The notes: a model not told the origin generated them from the letters alone. 29,073 bases of DNA from Candidatus Heimdallarchaeota archaeon B3_Heim (GCA_003144275.1 NJBF01000026.1:1-29073), one strand, 5' to 3'; positions 17,808 to 25,930 are shown, numbered from the stretch's first letter. Made by a program: numbers and translations.

Positions 17808-18107
17808 ATGGTCTAACCAAGACAATGGCCCCTTCATCCTATCTCATTTTAGGTTAGATTGTGATTAAAATTTGAGTAAGAATTGAGATAGGGGGAACTT
17901 TTCCGTTCTTGTGAAATTATTAATGAATCTGTCTTGATATAGCGTATCGACAGGGTACTACTAAAAGGTTAGATGAATGGATTTTTAATATTAAGTTAAA
18001 CTTAGTTCTTATTCACATTCACACTAAACTTAATCACAATTGAGTGATATTCGGGTCTTTTTTTTGACTCTTATTTCTCACATATTGAATTATATATCGA
18101 TTAATAT

Positions 18108-18827
18108 TTGGTGATATTCCAAAGAAATATGTCATCCAAAAGGATAATGTTTGATATGGATTCTAAATTAGATAAATTATTTGAATCAAAACCTCAACCT
18201 GTCGTTTGGATTGAAGGTATAATTGGATGTGGTAAGACAACACTGACCAAGGCAATTTCTAGAAAGCTTAATTTTCGTGCTATTTATGAACCAGTAAATT
18301 TAGAATTATTAGAAATGTTTTACATGGATCAGGATCGCTGGGCATTTGCCATGCAAATTGATCTACTCCACCGCCGCTATGCATTACAAAAACTGGGTTC
18401 TTTTGAATCTATTACAGGGCAAGGGGTAGTAATTGATAGAGGGCTTCCTGGAGATCGTGTTTTTGCCAAGATGTTATATAAAGCGGGAAAAATGGATCGA
18501 ATCGAATGGGCTATTTACGAACGCGCATATTCGGTTATGACTAACTCTTTGATTCCTCCAAGTGTTATAATATTCATGGAAGTTCCTCCTGATATAGCAC
18601 GAGAACGAATAAGGAACAGAGATCGAAAAGCTGAACGTGGGGATTTAGTTCCACTTGCATATCTTCAGGAATTGGAAAATGGCTATTTAGAACTCTTGTC
18701 AGAAATTGAATCGGCATATCCCGCATGGAGTAGAGGAATGAAAGTGATAAAACTTCCATTTAATACCTCCGATGAATCCGAGGAGTCCATCAATAAAGTG
18801 ATCGGTATAATACAGGACTTAATATAA
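18108..18827 (+). CDS. Deoxynucleoside kinase family protein (likely start ATG 18129 or 18147)
   Basis: IEGIIGCGKTT, YEP, FAMQ, IDR...GDRVF, RIRNRDRKAE lid and YLQEL...Y. Confidence 0.9.
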   Translation: MVIFQRNMSSKRIMFDMDSKLDKLFESKPQPVVWIEGIIGCGKTTLTKAISRKLNFRAIYEPVNLELLEMFYMDQDRWAFAMQIDLLHRRYALQKLGSFESITGQGVVIDRGLPGDRVFAKMLYKAGKMDRIEWAIYERAYSVMTNSLIPPSVIIFMEVPPDIARERIRNRDRKAERGDLVPLAYLQELENGYLELLSEIESAYPAWSRGMKVIKLPFNTSDESEESINKVIGIIQDLI

Positions 18828-19364
18828 ATGGTCCATATTAATATTGAGTTTAAAGCAAGATGCGACAATCCCGAGAGAATTCGTAAGATTCTCTTATCCG
18901 AGAATCCAGTGTTCAAGGGGAAAGATCACCAAATAGATACGTACTTTATTGTAGAGTCTGGACGCTTGAAACTTCGAGAAGGGAATATCGAAAATGCATT
19001 AATCCATTATGAAAGACCGAATGTTGCGACTGCCAAACAATCAACCGTTCTTCTTCATCATCCTGAATCAGATAACACTTCTTCATTGAAAGAAATACTG
19101 ATAAAAACCCTAGGTATTTTAACTGTAGTTGATAAGGAACGTGAGATTTATTTTATTGATAATGTTAAATTTCACATTGATTACGTGAAGAATCTAGGTC
19201 ACTTCATAGAAGTGGAAGCAATCGATAACGATGGGTCAATTGGTACTCAAAAACTTCAGGAACAATGTGATCATTATCAAAAGTTGTTCCAGCTGTCTGC
19301 GGAAGATCTAATTGAAGTATCATATTCAGATTTGATTTCGTTATCTGATAACAAGGTAAGTTAG
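18828..19364 (+). CDS. CYTH-domain protein (class IV adenylate cyclase / triphosphate tunnel metalloenzyme)
   Basis: N-terminal ExExK-like NIEFKA, QIDTYF, RLKLRE, KEREIY, FHID.V..LG.FIEVEA. Confidence 0.92.
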   Translation: MVHINIEFKARCDNPERIRKILLSENPVFKGKDHQIDTYFIVESGRLKLREGNIENALIHYERPNVATAKQSTVLLHHPESDNTSSLKEILIKTLGILTVVDKEREIYFIDNVKFHIDYVKNLGHFIEVEAIDNDGSIGTQKLQEQCDHYQKLFQLSAEDLIEVSYSDLISLSDNKVS

Positions 19365-19369
19365 TTAAT

Positions 19370-19690
19370 ATGCCATCTCTGAAAGAACATCCTCCATTAA
19401 TTGCCTACCAGAAGTATGTAGCTGAATTAGAAAAGGAGAGGGAATTTAAAGACCAATCTGTGGTTGATAAATGCTTATTACTCGGGGAAGAAGTAGGAGA
19501 ATTGTTCAAAGCTGTCCGAAAGAAAGAAGGGTTGAATATTGATCTTAATTCAACCCCCTCCCAAATTTCATATGAATTAGTAGATATTTTCATATTCCTG
19601 TGTGCAATTGCTAATCGTTATGACATCAATTTAGAAGATGCTTTTCGAGAAAAAGAAGAAATAAATAAAAAGCGTCAATGGACCAAATAG
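19370..19690 (+). CDS. MazG-like all-alpha NTP pyrophosphohydrolase
   Basis: LGEEVGELFKAVRK, ELVDIFIFL..IAN...INLE.AF..K...N..R.W. Confidence 0.92.
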   Translation: MPSLKEHPPLIAYQKYVAELEKEREFKDQSVVDKCLLLGEEVGELFKAVRKKEGLNIDLNSTPSQISYELVDIFIFLCAIANRYDINLEDAFREKEEINKKRQWTK

Positions 19691-19893
19691 CGACGGGAAC
19701 GTCGTCAAATCATGCTTTCATACGAGAATTTCTTTATTTTTCATTTATATAGGATTTTCTCCGTTATGGGGGAAAACTACGTTATACAACATAGAAAAAT
19801 GTCGTTTATCGTTGGAAGGAAAGAAATTTCATAGGAAGAGTTGGAAACTTCAGTGGTGTTAGAAATAATTTATTTGGGAGGAGAGTCCTTGAT

Positions 19894-19919
19894 TCCTTGA
19901 GTGAATAAAAACTCAAGGA
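19894..19919. other. 9-8-9 perfect inverted repeat upstream of the integrase (candidate recombination site or SD-sequestering hairpin)
   Basis: tccttgagt-gaataaaa-actcaagga; the right arm overlaps aaggag, which ends 10 nt before ATG 19931. Confidence 0.6.
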
Positions 19920-19930
19920 GATAAGAAAAA

Positions 19931-21364
19931 ATGACCGTTCTGCGAGAATTAAAATCTATAATGGAAGATCCAAACCTAAAGAATAAAGAGAAGAAGAAAA
20001 GAGTGGACGAGCACCTTCTCGCTGAAGACTATATAAAGGATTGGGTAGACTGGAGGGCTGATGCATCGACCTCCAGAGATAAAGACGCCGTCAGGATGAA
20101 CTGCCTTAATATGCTTAGAAGATACCTAATGTTCCTAGTATCCAACGAGGATAATCTGGAACTAACTCTCACGGATCTGAAAGATGAGGCTTTAGAGGAT
20201 GGTATTGGTACTAAAGCTTGGAGGAGAATTCAGCAATACTACAACTGGTCTCTAGGACGTGAGATTACTAGTTATGAGAAAACTAAGAAGAAAACTAAGA
20301 CACTTAGATCAGCTTATCAGAGCGCTCATGTGAATATTCGTGGATTTTACTCTAAAGGAGTTCACGTTCATTTCTCTGCACGATATAAAGGGCCTAGAGA
20401 AGCAACAAAATCATCCTCGAATGTCGTAGAGACCGACAGAAAGCTTAAGCTTATTATTAGAGATAGCGAAGGTAACCGTGTCCTTGACCGCGAAAAAATT
20501 GAGAAATTCTTTGATCTCTTACCTAAACGTGAACAGGTTATCTTTGGTATCATTCTTACTGCAGGAGGGCATGATATTAAGGATGTCCTCCATATTCGAC
20601 TTGGGGATGTTAAAAACCAAGAGAGGTTCTTAGATAATGGGAAGTACTTCATCTTTAAAGGAAACAGGAATAAGGGTGGTGAACCCTTCATCTGTCTTGT
20701 CGCTCGGTGGGCTACTGAACTAATAATTCGATACAAAAATAATAATTGGATAGACGAAGATAGTGACAATGAATTCTTCTTTAAGCCTGCACTTTATGAC
20801 AAGAATAGCGATGGTAATGGGAGAGATAACACAGAAGACATTCCCGCTCTCTCTCCCAAGATAGTTTCCTACAACTTCCGCAAGGCCGCAATTAAGTCAG
20901 GACTAGTAAAAGAAGACAGAAGACGAAAGCAGGGTGAATATAATCAATTGAGACCAAAGAGATTCAGGCACGTCTTTGAGACGTTGATAGAGTACTATGA
21001 GGTGAAGTTCAATTGGCCTAGGAATGTCGCTTATTGCTTTATGGGACACAGCCAAGACGAACATCAAAGATATTCAGAAACCCAACTAGACGAACTACTA
21101 GACTTCTATAAACAAGTAGAGAAGTACTTAACCCTTGATGTCGTTGTCATACGGTCAGGTGAACCAGAAGTCTTGGCAAATATTGTCAGTGGCGAAGTTC
21201 AGACTCTTAGAGGTGAAAATCAAGAATTAAAGACTAGACTGGGTGAATTAGAGACGACTGTGGACGAATTGGTGAGTAACGTCCATAGGTATGAAGAACT
21301 GATTACGGGCACAATGCGTCCAGAAGGCCAACAATCTATACGTGAAGCATTTGAAGAGGAATGA
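19931..21364 (+). CDS. Tyrosine recombinase/integrase family protein with a C-terminal coiled coil
   Basis: Box I-like GGHDIKDVLHIRLGDV, RNK loop, box II KRFRHVFET, FMGHS and Tyr381. Confidence 0.85.
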   Translation: MTVLRELKSIMEDPNLKNKEKKKRVDEHLLAEDYIKDWVDWRADASTSRDKDAVRMNCLNMLRRYLMFLVSNEDNLELTLTDLKDEALEDGIGTKAWRRIQQYYNWSLGREITSYEKTKKKTKTLRSAYQSAHVNIRGFYSKGVHVHFSARYKGPREATKSSSNVVETDRKLKLIIRDSEGNRVLDREKIEKFFDLLPKREQVIFGIILTAGGHDIKDVLHIRLGDVKNQERFLDNGKYFIFKGNRNKGGEPFICLVARWATELIIRYKNNNWIDEDSDNEFFFKPALYDKNSDGNGRDNTEDIPALSPKIVSYNFRKAAIKSGLVKEDRRRKQGEYNQLRPKRFRHVFETLIEYYEVKFNWPRNVAYCFMGHSQDEHQRYSETQLDELLDFYKQVEKYLTLDVVVIRSGEPEVLANIVSGEVQTLRGENQELKTRLGELETTVDELVSNVHRYEELITGTMRPEGQQSIREAFEEE

Positions 21365-21527
21365 TTCTTCCACCATCTTCTCTCTTTTTTAGTTGTATCT
21401 TTATATGTATCTAAGGATGCCCCCGATTTATTAAAAATCTTTAATTGAATTCCTACTTTTCATATAGATTTAAAATTTTAGAAAAATATAAATTTGAATA
21501 CTCATTTCAATTTTCAGGGGACGACTA

Positions 21528-23063
21528 TTGATTACAAAAATATTCATAAAGAACTTTAAGGGATTTGGGGAACCAATACAAGAAATTCCTCTCAATAAGA
21601 TTACTCTAATATTTGGGGCAAATAGTGCAGGTAAAACATCAATCATTCAGCCTCTCCTTCTTCTTAAACAAACGCTTGAAGAAGCAAGTGACCCTCAAAC
21701 CGTTTTACTTCCTAATGGATATATGATCTCATTGGGAAATTATAGAGAATTTGTATTTAAACACGAAACAGATAGAGAAATATTCATTGGTTTTGAAGTA
21801 GATCATAAAGATTATTTAGGGTATCAATTTAATCTAAAAAAAAATATTTTATCTATCTCTGGTTTTAATGGAAGAATTAGTTCCAAAAAAGTAAGAAGAT
21901 TGACTAGAGGAAGAATTAAGAGAGAATATAATTTTTCTGGTAAACGATTAAAGAAAGGAAGCTATACAATAACATTAGATGATATTGAGAATGTTCTTGC
22001 ACAAGAAATCGATAGAACTTTACAGAATTTGTTAGAAGTGGGTTCATTTGAAGAGATCTTGTCTAAAAAGAAATATAGAAATTTAAGGACATATTTCATT
22101 AGAGAAATGGAAAAAAGCGACGAAAAAGATCCCACTGTCTTTATAAATAAGATGAATGATAGATTTCAAGACTTGAAACGACATGTTCAGGATTATGATA
22201 TATTAAAACACTTTACAAAAGAAGTAGTTGCTCTTGAAAACCCTTTACTATTAAAAATCAAAGATACTAGAAGATTTTATGATCTAAGGATAAAATCGGA
22301 CCTAGATAATGGTGAAAATTTCCTTGTAGATTTTATTAGGGAAGAAATTCGTTTTCCATATCTCTACCGTCTTTTAACATCTGTTCACGATATTTTTGCT
22401 AGAACATTACAATCATTAATTTTCATTGGTCCTTTAAGAGAGGAGCCTATTCGAATCTACACATACTCAGGAAATATACCCTCTACTGTTGGTATCGAGG
22501 GAGAATTTACAGCAGAAATGTTATATTATTCACAGACTATTAGAGACTCTATTAATAACAAATTTAAAGAATTAGATATAAAATACCAAATTAATGTTAC
22601 ACCTATTAGTGAACATGAAAATGATATATTTCGTATCAAACTAACTGATCAAATTATTAAAACAGACGTTACTATTACTGATGTTGGTTTTGGCCTAAGT
22701 CAAATCTTACCAATAATAGTTCAATCCTATGCCCTTGAACAAGGGACAATTTTCATTGAACAACCTGAAATACATATTCATCCTAAATTGCAAACCGAGC
22801 TAGCTCAATTGTTTTATGAAAGGATTACAGAAAATCAAAATATTCAATTCATAATTGAAACCCATAGTGAACACATTATATTAAGACTTCAACGATTAAT
22901 TCGAAAAGGATTGCTAAATCCTAGTGATATATCTATATTATATGTTACTAGAGAAAATAAAGGCATCGCATGTAAACAACTGAAATTAAACAACAAAGGT
23001 AATTTTATAGATCATTGGCCTGAAGGCTTTTTCGAAGAAGCGTTTATAGAAAGGTTCGGGTGA
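21528..23063 (+). CDS. ABC-type ATPase (AAA_15/AAA_21) with DUF3696-like C-terminus
   Basis: IKNFKGF, Walker A GANSAGKTS, signature DVGFGLSQILP, Walker B/D-loop IEQPEIHIHP, ETHSEH and terminal DHWPEGFF; TTG start. Confidence 0.92.
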   Translation: MITKIFIKNFKGFGEPIQEIPLNKITLIFGANSAGKTSIIQPLLLLKQTLEEASDPQTVLLPNGYMISLGNYREFVFKHETDREIFIGFEVDHKDYLGYQFNLKKNILSISGFNGRISSKKVRRLTRGRIKREYNFSGKRLKKGSYTITLDDIENVLAQEIDRTLQNLLEVGSFEEILSKKKYRNLRTYFIREMEKSDEKDPTVFINKMNDRFQDLKRHVQDYDILKHFTKEVVALENPLLLKIKDTRRFYDLRIKSDLDNGENFLVDFIREEIRFPYLYRLLTSVHDIFARTLQSLIFIGPLREEPIRIYTYSGNIPSTVGIEGEFTAEMLYYSQTIRDSINNKFKELDIKYQINVTPISEHENDIFRIKLTDQIIKTDVTITDVGFGLSQILPIIVQSYALEQGTIFIEQPEIHIHPKLQTELAQLFYERITENQNIQFIIETHSEHIILRLQRLIRKGLLNPSDISILYVTRENKGIACKQLKLNNKGNFIDHWPEGFFEEAFIERFG

Positions 23064-24073
23064 ATAAGGTGCAAATGATCTTTAATCTATCAATATGTGC
23101 CAGTTGTTTTTATAGTGACAATTCTTTGAAATCAACTTTACAATTCCTACTTAATCAGTTCAATAATTCGCTTCTTTTAAATTTGGGTACGCTAGTCAGT
23201 GAGCTTTTAAATCTATTTAGTTCTATTCTAGTACAAGATACAAAAAAGGATTTTCAAACATTATTATTAGAATACAATAAACGTAATAAAATCATTGAAT
23301 TTCAAATGAATGAAAATAATTCTATCTGTGAGATTAATCAGTTTCTGTCGGAACAGAAAGTTTGGATTTTGTTTTCAGAAGAGCAGAAGCCAGAAAGTAT
23401 TAAATCTAATACTTGTTCACAATGTTTAATAGCCTTGAAAGAGGGTATATTAAATATTGAACACCTAAATTTGAAGTATAACTTACCTCAATCTCAAGAA
23501 TTTCGTTGTTGCACCTCTGATACATGGGATTTATTAAGAACGCAAATCATTGAACCTTTATCGATTGGTAGTTCAAAACTCGAACTTTATGATATTTTTT
23601 TAGGAACTGATTTAGTTTATTTCTCAGAAAACCCAAAGAGTAATCCTTTAACTGATAGTGAGTGGATTTATACAATTCATCGAATTCTTAAAACATTTGA
23701 AGACGTCAGTTTATATAAGGATAAAAAATTTATAGTTCATACTCTTGTTAAATGTGACAAGATAGATAAAGTAGCACAATATGCCAGAGAGATCAAGAGA
23801 ACGTTTTTGAAAACGAATAATATTCAATTGACTTTCAAATTCTATAAATATCAAGGTGATGCTCCTAGACGTTTTACACACGATCGTTATCTTTTTTCAG
23901 AGAATATTGGGATTTCAAGCGGGATAGGATTTGATTTAATTATCCCAGATCGAGACACTATTCGTAGAGAGTCTCAATTTACCGTAATAGGAAATGAAAC
24001 AATTTTAAAGGTCATTAATCAGCATAGAGGGTTAACCAGAAGAGATCGAATTCTTGGAACACTTACAGTTTAA
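23060..24073 (+). CDS. Uncharacterised partner of the ATPase with a C-terminal HDR motif (PLD-nuclease-like, inferred)
   Basis: 4-nt GTGA overlap with the ATPase stop; C-terminal LELYDIFL...FTHDRYLFSENIGISSGIGFDLI. Confidence 0.7.
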   Translation: MNKVQMIFNLSICASCFYSDNSLKSTLQFLLNQFNNSLLLNLGTLVSELLNLFSSILVQDTKKDFQTLLLEYNKRNKIIEFQMNENNSICEINQFLSEQKVWILFSEEQKPESIKSNTCSQCLIALKEGILNIEHLNLKYNLPQSQEFRCCTSDTWDLLRTQIIEPLSIGSSKLELYDIFLGTDLVYFSENPKSNPLTDSEWIYTIHRILKTFEDVSLYKDKKFIVHTLVKCDKIDKVAQYAREIKRTFLKTNNIQLTFKFYKYQGDAPRRFTHDRYLFSENIGISSGIGFDLIIPDRDTIRRESQFTVIGNETILKVINQHRGLTRRDRILGTLTV

Positions 24074-24100
24074 ATATATTAAAAATCTCTAATTGACAAT

Positions 24101-24331
24101 TCACATGCATAATTCTAATGTTCGTCCATTTACGAATAACAATTCCTTCCATTTTTCTTTGATCTTTTTACGTTCATCCTCAAATTGATCGGATAACCGT
24201 TTTAAAAACAATAAACCAAAGATATAATGCTTATAATACGCAGAATCAATACTCTCGCGTAGTATGTCAGCTGATTGTCATAAAAACTTTTCTAATTTGT
24301 CTAATGTCAATTTATCTTTATATTTTTCCTT
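24101..24331 (-). pseudogene. hsdM: 5' fragment of a type I restriction-modification methyltransferase (HsdM N-terminal domain)
   Basis: Hand translation: KEKYKDKLTLDKLEKFL*QSADILRESIDSAYYKHYIFGLLFLKRLSDQFEDERKKIKEKW. Matches the HsdM_N consensus LExxLWxAADILRGxxDxxxYKxYIxxLLFLKRLSD, with TGA at 24278-24280 in place of the conserved Trp. Confidence 0.88.
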
Positions 24332-24342
24332 TTAATTCGAAT

Positions 24343-24618
24343 TTATATAGAACAACAAATCTTTTGTGGATTTCGTTTCGGTTTCCTTGGTATCTTCTTT
24401 TTAACAACATATTTTAGTGCAGGTTGCTTTGGTTGGCAGTTTTCCAAATGATAGCGATAGCGTGTTTTTGTTCTAAAGATTCGAAAACAATCATGACACA
24501 CAATCAATTTGGAGTGGAATTCTGTTATGTGAGCGACAAATTCCTCACGACGAGTGAATCGAATTGGACACCCTTTGGGGCAGTTCACAACAAATGGCAA
24601 TAATGGTGAAAAAGTCAT
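24343..24618 (-). CDS. Double zinc-finger protein (C2H2 plus C2HC) with a basic tail
   Basis: CPKGC...HITEFH and CHDC...HLENC. Confidence 0.8.
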   Translation of the reverse strand: MTFSPLLPFVVNCPKGCPIRFTRREEFVAHITEFHSKLIVCHDCFRIFRTKTRYRYHLENCQPKQPALKYVVKKKIPRKPKRNPQKICCSI

Positions 24619-24942
24619 CTAATCCCATCGGGAGGCGATATAAAGCACACAAATTCCTGTATCAGCGGCATTAACGATCCACAGTTTGTCAAATTTTAGA
24701 TTTAATATCTGCGTTAAATCGCCTGCTACTATAGGAATTGGATTGTTAGTTTTTTCATTAAGAACTATGTCGAAATTTGAATCAGATCGAAGAACTTTCA
24801 GCTCGTTGTACGTATGAACGACTTTTTCAAGATCGAATTCCTCGTTGTTCCTAGACTTGGTTAAATCCAGCGTAATGATCCTATAATGAAGATTTAATCG
24901 CTCTTTTACAGGATTTGCATTTTTTAATGTTTCGCTCATCAT
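24619..24942 (-). CDS. Hypothetical beta-strand-rich protein
   Basis: Alternating hydrophobic strands; SD-like gagg upstream; stop abuts the next ATG. Confidence 0.75.
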   Translation of the reverse strand: MMSETLKNANPVKERLNLHYRIITLDLTKSRNNEEFDLEKVVHTYNELKVLRSDSNFDIVLNEKTNNPIPIVAGDLTQILNLKFDKLWIVNAADTGICVLYIASRWD

Positions 24943-25032
24943 AAAACCTCATTTAAGGTTGGGAGTGGACGGCAGTGAAGAAAACCGTCCAAACCCTGAT
25001 GGATATCGGTGTGATGTTATGAACTATAAGCA

Positions 25033-25389
25033 TTAACTCCATCGGTATTGCTCGGGGTATATCCTACGCAATCGACGTTGGCCTAAACGATTTCGCTGAC
25101 CTGTTAAAGTAGCAGTTTGTTCAACAGGCATAAATTTATCTACTATACCCTGAATTCGGGCTTGAACCAACACTTTTCGTGCATCTATTGACTCTCTAGT
25201 TGGAGGAAATACAGGCATTAGAATTGTCGTTGGAGAGGTTTGACCAACTACTCGACGTCTTTTGAAGAATTGAGCAGCTACATCACCATCGACAGCTACG
25301 TCAGATTCCTCTTCTTCTTCAACTGGTAATTCACCAGTCTGTCTTCTTAGTCGAGTTTTATTTCTTAATTGTAATAATCGACTTGCCAT
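25033..25389 (-). CDS. Hypothetical protein with Arg-rich termini and an acidic tract
   Basis: SD aaggag upstream; RNKTRLRR, EEEEE, FKRRR and RNRLGQRRLRR segments. Confidence 0.75.
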   Translation of the reverse strand: MASRLLQLRNKTRLRRQTGELPVEEEEESDVAVDGDVAAQFFKRRRVVGQTSPTTILMPVFPPTRESIDARKVLVQARIQGIVDKFMPVEQTATLTGQRNRLGQRRLRRIYPEQYRWS

Positions 25390-25424
25390 TATTCCATAAA
25401 CTCCTTTTAATTTGTAATATTCTT

Positions 25425-25577
25425 CTATCCTAATGATCTAAATCTCCTAATTCTAAATCTTTGTCTAAACAATCTCCTACTTCGTATTCGTTGGCCAATC
25501 TGTGGATTGAATCGAGCGGGATGTTGTCGAGGTTCAACAAAATTTGATCCTTTTCTAATACGATCTGTAAATCTCAT
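25425..25577 (-). CDS. 50-aa arginine-rich protamine-like protein (not in ORF track)
   Basis: Hand translation: MRFTDRIRKGSNFVEPRQHPARFNPQIGQRIRSRRLFRQRFRIRRFRSLG*, 15 Arg of 50. Fills the gap between two co-oriented genes; ATG lies 8 nt after the upstream stop. Confidence 0.7.
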   Translation of the reverse strand: MRFTDRIRKGSNFVEPRQHPARFNPQIGQRIRSRRLFRQRFRIRRFRSLG

Positions 25578-25585
25578 TTTAATCA

Positions 25586-25894
25586 CTAAGCTAATATACG
25601 GAAAGCACCACGAACGATACAGTATTCTCTCTCGTCATATTCACCTTCTAACACAATAAGATGATTCATCGCTGGCCCAGGCTCCACTATAATAGTCTCC
25701 TTGATTCCCGATATCAGCGTATCAACCCCACCTTCAATTCTGATAGCTTTTTTTGTCCTCCATCTCCAAATAGGAATTCTTCCAGCACCGAATCCTTTTA
25801 TAAGATAATTTGGTGTTCCTATTCTATGTTTTACATGGATTTGTTTAATTAAGATATCAGGAGGTGAAATAATACTTTCTACCATTACGTTCAC
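25586..25894 (-). CDS. Hypothetical protein of the element
   Basis: Co-oriented ORF in the compact operon; no recognisable motif. Confidence 0.65.
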   Translation of the reverse strand: MNVMVESIISPPDILIKQIHVKHRIGTPNYLIKGFGAGRIPIWRWRTKKAIRIEGGVDTLISGIKETIIVEPGPAMNHLIVLEGEYDEREYCIVRGAFRILA

Positions 25895-25930
25895 TCTTTA
25901 AAACTAAGATAGATTCAAACTACATTAAGC

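Noticed and set aside
19691-19930. tRNA gene or tRNA half as the integration target
   Set aside because: No cloverleaf, no T-loop GTTCRA and no CCA-type end visible. Only short hairpins are present (cgacg-ggaa-cgtcg at 19691-19704; ttttctcc/ggggaaaa at 19755-19776), too small to call.
9723-20769. Further overlapping short ORFs (9723-9974, 9732-9935, 11256-11465, 11287-11490, 12930-13148, 14229-14459, 14549-14761, 15082-15327, 15470-15652, 15739-15927, 16532-16726, 16831-17079, 18574-18759, 18683-18916, 19405-19593, 20368-20769)
   Set aside because: They lie within confidently assigned genes on another frame or strand.
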